Shown: positions 26,447-33,076 of the stretch, piece by piece
Layout of the letters: each line of letters opens with the position of its first letter
Position numbering within the stretch: the stretch's first letter is position 1
From: Nitrospinae bacterium RIFCSPLOWO2_12_FULL_45_22
GTDB taxonomy: Bacteria > 2-12-FULL-45-22
Assembly: GCA_001803565.1 (NCBI GenBank)
Contig: MHDQ01000189.1
Coordinates: 1-33,076 of the forward strand
DNA: 33,076 nt
Direction of reading: 5' to 3'
Notes under the pieces: model-generated
The model's database searches: none
What the model saw: the letters and a program-made list of their open reading frames with translations, nothing else
What the model was told of the DNA's origin: nothing
Made by a program: the position numbers and the translations under genes

Positions 26447-26463
26447 TTTTCAGGTGAATAATC

Positions 26464-28248
26464 ATGGATGAGATCAAAGAGATTATTGAAGAGTTTCTGT
26501 CTGAGGCCCAGGAGTTATTAGACGGGTTAGAGCAAAACCTGGTGGAGCTAGAGCGCCACCCCGAGAATATGGACCTATTGAATGATATCTTCCGCTCCAT
26601 CCACACTATCAAAGGAGCAGCGGGATTCTTGGGATTTAACCAATTAGTGGAACTGGCCCACCATACTGAAAATCTACTCAGTAAACTCAGACAAGGTGGG
26701 ATGCGGGTCGGTGCTACCATCATGGACATATTGCTACAGGCGGTGGATATGCTCAAAACTATGGTAGGCGATATTGCCCAGGAAAATCCCCAGCAATACC
26801 ATCTTGACTCCTTGTATCAGAAGATTGATTTAATATTGAACAAGAAAAAGGGCTCGGCTAAAAAAAATACTAAACCAGCCTACCGTTCCGTGGACGAGAC
26901 GGATGAGTCAGGCAAAGCAGAGATAAAGCCCCTCAGCCGTTATCTTGAGCAAAAACCAGAAGAAAAGCCCAGGCCCTCTAACATAGAGGCGGATAAAACT
27001 ATCCGGATAGATATTGAGCGGCTGGATAACATCATGAATCTAGTCGGGGAACTGGTCCTGGCCAGAAACCGTCTGATCAAGCTAAATACTGCCCTGGAAG
27101 AAAAATACGAGGATGAAAAGCTACTGGAACCCTTGCGGGAAACTACCAATAACCTCAGCCTCATTACCTCTGACCTGCAACTGGCTGTGATGCGGGCCAG
27201 GATGCTTCCTATCAAAAAAGTTTTTAGTAAATTCCCACGCCTGGTACGGGATTTAGCCCGAGAGCTCGGTAAAGAGATTGATCTAGAGGTTTCGGGTGAA
27301 GATACAGAGCTGGATAAATCGGTCATTGAAGAAATAGGTGATCCCCTGGTCCATATCCTCCGAAACTCCGTTGACCATGGGATCGAATTACCCGAGGAAA
27401 GAAAAGCTCAAGGTAAACCCCCACAAGGCCGGATAAAATTATCTGCCTATCATGAAGGAGATCATATTATTATCGAGATGGAGGATGATGGCAAAGGGAT
27501 TGATGTAGCGGCTGTCCAGGCTAAGGCCATTGCGAAAGGTCTGATAGATGAAAGCGAGGTTATGCATCTAGGTGAAAAAGAGTGCCTAAACCTGATCTTT
27601 CTACCCGGATTTAGTACTAACCAAGAAGCTACGGATATTTCCGGTCGGGGGGTAGGGTTAGATGTAGTGAAAACCCATATCATTAAACTGAATGGTCAGA
27701 TAGACCTGGCTACAGAGAAAGGGAAAGGGAGCAGATTTCGTCTCCGTCTCCCTCTGACCGTGGCTATCATACCGGCTCTTATGGTGGGGGTAAGTAGTGA
27801 GATATTTGCTATACCCCTGGTCTCAGTTATCGAAGCGGTAAGGATTTCTCCGGGGGAGATAAAGACTATCAAAGGCCATGAGGTGGTTAAACTAAGGGAT
27901 ACCGTACTTCCATTAATAAGATTAGGTGAAATCTTTGGTCTGCGCTTAACGGATGGCTTTGAGAGGAATAGTCTCTATATAGTGATAATTGGCCTGGCAG
28001 AAAAACGCATCGGCCTCGTAGTGGAGAAGCTCTATGGCCAGGAAGAAGTAGTAATTAAGGGACTGGGAGACTATTTTGCTGATAATAGAGAAATTAGCGG
28101 GGTTACTATAACGGGTGACGGGAGGATAGTGCTGATTCTGGATATAGGGAACTTAGTGGGACAGGTGGTAAGCCGCACTACCAATGATAAGAGCGCTAAT
28201 TCTTTCCTGGTGATAAACCAACTGACACCCGCTACGGTGGGTTACTAA
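26464..28248 (+). CDS. cheA: Chemotaxis histidine kinase CheA (Hpt-dimer-HATPase-CheW; no P2 domain apparent)
   Basis: IFRSIHTIKG, TIRIDIERLD.IMNLVGELV, RNSVDHGIE, DDGKG, FLPGFST, SGRGVGLDVV and C-terminal CheW domain. Confidence 0.97.
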   Translation: MDEIKEIIEEFLSEAQELLDGLEQNLVELERHPENMDLLNDIFRSIHTIKGAAGFLGFNQLVELAHHTENLLSKLRQGGMRVGATIMDILLQAVDMLKTMVGDIAQENPQQYHLDSLYQKIDLILNKKKGSAKKNTKPAYRSVDETDESGKAEIKPLSRYLEQKPEEKPRPSNIEADKTIRIDIERLDNIMNLVGELVLARNRLIKLNTALEEKYEDEKLLEPLRETTNNLSLITSDLQLAVMRARMLPIKKVFSKFPRLVRDLARELGKEIDLEVSGEDTELDKSVIEEIGDPLVHILRNSVDHGIELPEERKAQGKPPQGRIKLSAYHEGDHIIIEMEDDGKGIDVAAVQAKAIAKGLIDESEVMHLGEKECLNLIFLPGFSTNQEATDISGRGVGLDVVKTHIIKLNGQIDLATEKGKGSRFRLRLPLTVAIIPALMVGVSSEIFAIPLVSVIEAVRISPGEIKTIKGHEVVKLRDTVLPLIRLGEIFGLRLTDGFERNSLYIVIIGLAEKRIGLVVEKLYGQEEVVIKGLGDYFADNREISGVTITGDGRIVLILDIGNLVGQVVSRTTNDKSANSFLVINQLTPATVGY

Positions 28249-28252
28249 AGCT

Positions 28253-28311
28253 GTAGCCACAGGACCTTGCCCTGCCACAAGGGGCTAAGCAGCGTAAGAC
28301 GCTGCGACTAC
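28253..28311. repeat. GTAG REP inverted doublet (second subtype)
   Basis: GTAGCCACAGGACCTTGCCCTGC ... GCAGCGT-AAG-ACGCTGC-GACTAC. Confidence 0.8.
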
Positions 28312-28331
28312 AGATGCTATAGGAGGACGAT

Positions 28332-28658
28332 ATGAGTAAGGTGACTGTAGAGGCATTAGCCGATGAAATGATAGTAGCAAAAGATGTTTATGATTCCAGA
28401 GACCGCCTACTGCTAAAAAAGGGCGCTGTTCTATCACGGGCTATCAGGGAAAGACTACAGATATGGGGGATAAAGGAGGTTTATGTGGCCGACCCTGAAT
28501 CAGATGCTGACCTATGTAATGCCAGGATAGAAGCCCGGCGAGTCACAGAGACGATAGAGGAGTTGGAGAGAAAATTTTCTATTTTTACTGATAATAAGCT
28601 AATGGATAATCTCAAGGAGGTAATTAAAGAATACTTACACGAAAAATTAGCTGGATAA
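28332..28658 (+). CDS. Small protein resembling the N-terminal domain of HD-GYP/HDOD-associated proteins
   Basis: SD AGGAGG; V..L...M.VA.DVYD....LLLKKG..L...I...L..WGI.EVYV pattern. Confidence 0.7.
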   Translation: MSKVTVEALADEMIVAKDVYDSRDRLLLKKGAVLSRAIRERLQIWGIKEVYVADPESDADLCNARIEARRVTETIEELERKFSIFTDNKLMDNLKEVIKEYLHEKLAG

Positions 28659-28672
28659 AGGGGGACGTAGCC

Positions 28673-29548
28673 ATGGATAGGACGACATGCCAGGAGATGT
28701 TAAAAATAGTGTTAGAGGTGATCCAGGATATACCTACTCTGCCCAATGTGGTATATCACCTCACCCGCCTGATGGAAAACCCTGCAACCTCTGCCTTACA
28801 AGTGAGTGAGGTCATCTCCCGGGATCAAGCCCTTACAGCCAAAGTACTTAAGCTGGTTAATTCGGCTTATTATGGGTTTCCCCGGAAAATCAATACTGTC
28901 AGTCAAGCAGTAGTTATCCTGGGCTACAATAATATAAGGAATTTGGTGTTTACGACGTCGGTCTTTGATGTCGTAGTCAAGCCCAATGGCTCCGAACCTC
29001 TTTTCAATAAGGTAAAATTCTGGGAACATTCTTTGGGATGTGCCGCATCTGCCAAAATTATTACTAAAAAGATGGGCTTTAAGAAAACCGAAGAGACCTT
29101 TATTGCTGGACTCCTCCACGACCTGGGTAAAATCGTACTCTACCATTTTCTGGAAGGTGAATCGGCTGAGGTCCTAATGGTTGCGGCTGAACGGGATCTC
29201 CTCTTGATTGAGGCGGAGCAGGAAGTCCTGGGCATAAATCATACTTATGCCGGCAAGCTCCTGGCTGATAAGTGGAACCTACCAAGGGATATTACTGCGG
29301 CCATCTCCTTCCACCATAACCCTTTACCTGCGGGGGATAATTTTCGCCTTTGTTCAATCATACATCTGGCTGATATCCTCTCCCGCTGCCTAAATATTGG
29401 TTCGGGAGGGGATAATAAAATACCTCTGCTGAATGAAAGATCCTGGGAAGTATTGAATTTGAGCTGGGATAAGATGAAGCATATCCTCTCTGAGGTTGAA
29501 ACAGAGATGGAGAAGGCACAGGCCTTCATTAACCTTTTAGAAGCGTAG
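28673..29548 (+). CDS. HDOD-domain signalling protein
   Basis: IPTLPNV, ISRDQALTAKVLKLVNSAYYG, FWEHS, AGLLHDLGK, H...G..LA.KWNLP and FHHNP. Confidence 0.93.
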   Translation: MDRTTCQEMLKIVLEVIQDIPTLPNVVYHLTRLMENPATSALQVSEVISRDQALTAKVLKLVNSAYYGFPRKINTVSQAVVILGYNNIRNLVFTTSVFDVVVKPNGSEPLFNKVKFWEHSLGCAASAKIITKKMGFKKTEETFIAGLLHDLGKIVLYHFLEGESAEVLMVAAERDLLLIEAEQEVLGINHTYAGKLLADKWNLPRDITAAISFHHNPLPAGDNFRLCSIIHLADILSRCLNIGSGGDNKIPLLNERSWEVLNLSWDKMKHILSEVETEMEKAQAFINLLEA

Positions 29549-29554
29549 AAAGGA

Positions 29555-29604
29555 GTAGCTGCGGGGCCTTGCCCTGCTTGGGCAGCGTAAGACGCTGCTG
29601 CTAC
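29555..29604. repeat. GTAG REP inverted doublet (second subtype)
   Basis: GTAGCTGCGGGGCCTTGCCCTGC ttgg GCAGCGTAAGACGCTGC TGCTAC; homologous to 28253-28311. Confidence 0.8.
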
Positions 29605-29625
29605 TACACAGGAGGAGTAAGGGTT

Positions 29626-31272
29626 ATGGATACCACAGGTGAAAAAAACATAAGTGTCCTGGGTGATGATCCAGGATTACTAAAAGCCGCTATGATAAGT
29701 CAGCAGGATGAGATCAGCCAATTGACCTGGCTTTGTGATTCTATGGAGAAACTCCTCTCCCTCCATAATCAAGAGCAGATACAGGAAGGGTTTTTACTGC
29801 TGGTGGAGGAAATAACTAATTACCGCCACTGTGTCCTCTATTTATTTGGTGATGCCCCGCACCAATATTCCATTCAAGCCTGCCGGGGTATAACAGCCGA
29901 AGAGGTTCAAACTAAATACCAATTAGAAGCGGATATCCTTCGGTGGGTTATTAAGGAGAACCGCTGGACCGTTATCCCCGGTGAAGGTAACGGCAATGAG
30001 GATTTCTGGGTTAGTATCCTTCCTTTAGTCTCTGCTGGTAAAGAGATCGGCTTTCTATTACTTAATACCTGCCCTGACCAGAGGATATTTACCCAGGGAA
30101 ACCTCAGGCGATTGACTTATATAGCCAGCTACGTTGCCCTGGCCTTAGAAAATGGCAGGCTATACCAAAATATCGTGAATACCAAAAACTACTTAAAAGA
30201 TATCATCGAGAACATCAACGAGGGTATCCTTACCCTGGGCATAGATGGTAATATCTCCCTGCTGAACCGCAACGTTACCGCATTACTAGGTCTCGCATCA
30301 GCCGATATCGTGGGCCAGAGTTGTCAACACTGCCTTTCCCCGGAGTTAAAAAGGGCCTTTGACATTATTATAGGCCAGACCTTTAAACAGGGATATGTTA
30401 TGGATTATAGGCTGGATCATACCCCCCAGGAAGGTCAAAGCATCCCCCTGGCTATAAATTGTTCCTTGCTCAGAGATGAGAAAGGCGTTCCTAACGGTGT
30501 GATCATTACCCTGCGTGACCTCACCACCTCTCTGGAACTCCAGAGATTCAGGGAATTGGATGCCATGAAGGATGAGTTTATTTCTAATGTTTCTCATGAA
30601 CTGAGGACCCCATTAGGCATTATCACGTCCTATATAGAGGCATTGTTAGAGCGGGTAAAGCCCGAAGACCTTGCTACTCAGAGGAAATTTCTCTCCATTG
30701 CCAATCAGGCCTGTGACCGCATTACCGGACTGGTTAATAATCTTCTGGACCTCTCCCAGATAGAGTCTGGTCGTTTTTTCCTGGATTTAAAGCGGGTCAA
30801 TCTTAAAGATATAGCCGTTTCAGTAGTAAAAAGCCTGGAATTATGCCAGGGTGAGGTAGAAGTCCAGTTGGCTTTAGCTCAAGACCTGCCTTATATATTG
30901 GCTGATGAAGAAAAGATATACCAGGCCATATTGAATATAGCCAGCAATGCCCTCAAGTATTCCCCTGTGGGTAGGACAGTACTGATCAAGGTCTTTAAAG
31001 ATAATAATATGGTAAAGTTGATGGTTCACGACGAGGGGGTAGGCATTCCAGAAGATGAGTTGCCTTATGTCTTCGAAAAGTTTTATCGCTCCAGCTCTTC
31101 AGCCGCTGGGTTTCAGGGTAGTGGTTTGGGATTGCCTATTGCTAAGCATATTGTAGAAGCTCATCAAGGGACAATAGAGGTAGAAAGCACATTGGGGAAA
31201 GGTTCTATTTTTACCATTAGTCTGCCGTTTCCTGACGGTAATGAGAGAGGAGGGAGCTATGGAGGAGAATAG
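29626..31272 (+). CDS. Cytoplasmic GAF-PAS histidine kinase (HisKA/HATPase)
   Basis: ATG 29626 follows SD AGGAGG (the track's TTG start lies inside a REP). GAF ending ALALENGRLY, PAS, SHELRTPL, NALKYS, DEGVGI and GSGLGL. Confidence 0.9.
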   Translation: MDTTGEKNISVLGDDPGLLKAAMISQQDEISQLTWLCDSMEKLLSLHNQEQIQEGFLLLVEEITNYRHCVLYLFGDAPHQYSIQACRGITAEEVQTKYQLEADILRWVIKENRWTVIPGEGNGNEDFWVSILPLVSAGKEIGFLLLNTCPDQRIFTQGNLRRLTYIASYVALALENGRLYQNIVNTKNYLKDIIENINEGILTLGIDGNISLLNRNVTALLGLASADIVGQSCQHCLSPELKRAFDIIIGQTFKQGYVMDYRLDHTPQEGQSIPLAINCSLLRDEKGVPNGVIITLRDLTTSLELQRFRELDAMKDEFISNVSHELRTPLGIITSYIEALLERVKPEDLATQRKFLSIANQACDRITGLVNNLLDLSQIESGRFFLDLKRVNLKDIAVSVVKSLELCQGEVEVQLALAQDLPYILADEEKIYQAILNIASNALKYSPVGRTVLIKVFKDNNMVKLMVHDEGVGIPEDELPYVFEKFYRSSSSAAGFQGSGLGLPIAKHIVEAHQGTIEVESTLGKGSIFTISLPFPDGNERGGSYGGE

Positions 31273-31693
31273 GAAAAAAATTTTAGTAGTAGAAGATGAG
31301 AAATTTGCCCGCGATATCCTTAATTTTACTTTGAGCAGTGAAGACTACGATATATCCCTGGCAGAAGACGGTTTAGAGGCCCTGAATAAAGCCAGCTCGA
31401 ACAATTATGACTTGATTATTATGGATGTCATGATGCCTAACATAGATGGTTACGAAGCTTGCCGAAGGCTTAAAGCCAACGAAATTACGAAATCTATACC
31501 TATCATTCTGCTCACGGGCCGTGCCCAGAAGGGTGATATCCTGAAGGGGGTACAGGCCGGTGCCGATGATTATCTGCTTAAACCCTATAAGTTACAAGAC
31601 CTGCTAAATAGGGTTAATAAATATATTGGCCCGGGCACCTCGGTGTCCCTGGCACAAGCCAGCAATAATAGTGAACCCGCTATTGCTGAGTAA
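31259..31693 (+). CDS. Single-domain response regulator (DivK/PleD-type receiver)
   Basis: ILVVEDE, MDVMMPNIDG, IPIILLT and GADDYLLKP; ATG 31259 after GGAGG. Confidence 0.9.
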   Translation: MEENRKKILVVEDEKFARDILNFTLSSEDYDISLAEDGLEALNKASSNNYDLIIMDVMMPNIDGYEACRRLKANEITKSIPIILLTGRAQKGDILKGVQAGADDYLLKPYKLQDLLNRVNKYIGPGTSVSLAQASNNSEPAIAE

Positions 31694-31764
31694 GCCCCCA
31701 GAAAAAGAGAAGAAACATCCATGAGCCTTTGGTTAACATCAGAAAAACACTGAGTTAGGGAGGC

Positions 31765-32853
31765 ATGACTAAAATTATTAGGGCACTCATTGTAGATGAC
31801 TCGGCCTTTATGCGCAAGGCCCTTACCAATATGCTCCAGACTGATAGAGAGATAGAGGTAGTGGCTACTGCCAGGAATGGTGATGAGGCGCTGGATAAAA
31901 TATTTAAGCTTAAGCCCGACTTAGTGACCCTGGATGTAGAGATGCCCGGGATGAATGGCCTGGAGGTACTGAAGATAATTATGGAACAGATGCCCCTACC
32001 GGTTCTTATAGTCAGCTCCCTTACCAGTGAAGGTGCCCAGACCACCTTGGAAGCCCTGGATTTAGGGGCGATAGACTTCATACCCAAAAGCCTGGCTGAT
32101 GTATCGCTGAATATCCTTAAGATCAAGGATGATCTTATTACTAAGATAAAGGCCATAGCCCATAAAAGGCCATCCTTTTTGAACAAGGCGGGACAGGAAT
32201 GTCCCGCCTATCGGACCCATAGACTCGATAGACGGGATTTTCTAACGCCGTCCTGGCAGAAGAAGAAAAACTTCATTCACCACAAAGTAGGTGTGGTGGC
32301 TATAGGAACCTCTACTGGTGGACCCAAGGCCCTACAAGAACTCTTATCTCCTCTGCCAGCGGATTTTCCTACCGGTATCGTCATAGTGCAGCATATGCCC
32401 GCGGCCTTTACCGGCCCCTTTGCTCAGAGGTTGGATCAGCTCTGTGCTATCAAGGTAAAGGAAGCAGAACCCGGCGATACTATCCAATCTGGTCTGGCCT
32501 TACTGGCCCCAGGGAACCTTCATATGAAGGTGGTAAGGAAAAAGGCTACCGAGGTAAATCTTGAGCTGACTCCCTATCCTGGTAACTTACCTTATTGCCC
32601 CTCGGTAGATATAATGATGGCCTCGGTGGCGGAGGTATATCCGGGTCGCTGTATAGGAGTGATCCTTACTGGTATGGGCCATGATGGCCGGGATGGGGTA
32701 TTAAAAATCAAGCAAAGCCAGGGTAAGACCCTGGCCCAGGATGAAGATTCTTGTGTAGTTTTTGGTATGCCTAAGGCAGCAATAGAAACCGGGGCAATAG
32801 ATAAAGTGGTATCTTTGTCCGAGATGCCAGGTGAATTAATCAATATGGTGTAA
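31765..32853 (+). CDS. cheB: Chemotaxis response regulator methylesterase CheB
   Basis: REC domain plus GTSTGG, VQHMP and GMGHDG catalytic triad motifs. Confidence 0.97.
   Translation: MTKIIRALIVDDSAFMRKALTNMLQTDREIEVVATARNGDEALDKIFKLKPDLVTLDVEMPGMNGLEVLKIIMEQMPLPVLIVSSLTSEGAQTTLEALDLGAIDFIPKSLADVSLNILKIKDDLITKIKAIAHKRPSFLNKAGQECPAYRTHRLDRRDFLTPSWQKKKNFIHHKVGVVAIGTSTGGPKALQELLSPLPADFPTGIVIVQHMPAAFTGPFAQRLDQLCAIKVKEAEPGDTIQSGLALLAPGNLHMKVVRKKATEVNLELTPYPGNLPYCPSVDIMMASVAEVYPGRCIGVILTGMGHDGRDGVLKIKQSQGKTLAQDEDSCVVFGMPKAAIETGAIDKVVSLSEMPGELINMV
32187..32252. repeat. GATAG-type REP-like doublet in frame in the CheB linker
   Basis: GGCGGGACA-GGAA-TGTCCCGCC-TATC ... GATAGACGGGATTTTCTAACGCCGTC. 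Confidence 0.8.
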
Positions 32854-32859
32854 TTCCAT

Positions 32860-32930
32860 AAGGTACAAAGGGCAAGGTGCAATGTTTAAAAACTATGAAC
32901 CTTGAACATCGAACCTTGCACCCTGCACTT
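32860..32930. repeat. Inverted array of 7-nt repeats (AAGGTGC / GAACCTT type)
   Basis: AAGGTAC AAAGGGC AAGGTGC AATGTTT ... GAACCTT GAACATC GAACCTT GCACCCT GCACTT. Confidence 0.7.
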
Positions 32931-32951
32931 AGAAAAGGGAGGGATATAGCT

Positions 32952-33076
32952 ATGCCGCAGGAACGTAAGGGAGGTTCAACAGACCTCTTGCAACTGGTCA
33001 GTTTTAATTTAGGCAATGAAGAGTTTGCGGTAGATATCCTAAAAGTCCAGGAGATAAACCGCATGGTAGAGATAAC
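32952..33076 (+). CDS. cheW: Chemotaxis coupling protein CheW (5' part only)
   Basis: SD GGAGG; MPQERKGGSTDLLQLVSFNLGNEEFAVDILKVQEINRMVEI. Confidence 0.92.
   Translation, partial: MPQERKGGSTDLLQLVSFNLGNEEFAVDILKVQEINRMVEI

Noticed and set aside
29569-29625. N-terminal extension MPCLGSVRRCCYY of the kinase in the ORF track
   Set aside because: It is translated REP doublet; a strong SD precedes ATG 29626.

Overview
Bacterial window with two divergent blocks and no rRNA, tRNA or CRISPR. The minus-strand block (1-8177) reads mtaB, a DUF62 SAM hydrolase/halogenase, a RadC/JAB protein with an extra N-terminal winged helix, type I hsdR, a HigBA-type toxin-antitoxin pair and hsdM (cut by the window edge). 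The plus-strand block (8584-33076) follows a sigma54 promoter. It carries a TPR protein, an FlrB/FlrC-like two-component pair, fliF-G-H-I-J, a MotE/FlbB-like gene, fliL-M-N, then cheY, cheZ, a HEAT-repeat gene, cheR, a receiver, cheA, a small protein, HDOD, a GAF-PAS kinase, a receiver, cheB and cheW (partial). Three observations stand out. (1) The flagellar cluster keeps the MS ring, C ring, ATPase complex and FliL in canonical order, but has no rod/hook genes (flgBC-fliE, fliK-flgDE), stator genes or export gate (fliOPQR-flhBA-flhFG-fliA) at their usual positions. It may be a filament-less switch complex, or those genes may lie elsewhere in the genome. (2) Many intergenic gaps hold small palindromic elements: inverted arrays of 7-10 nt repeats, GTAG/GATAG REP-like hairpins, and a four-layer nested MITE whose empty-site counterpart is also in the window. 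(3) REP-like hairpins sit in frame inside four protein-coding genes. All calls come from reading the sequence and recognising motifs; no searches were run.
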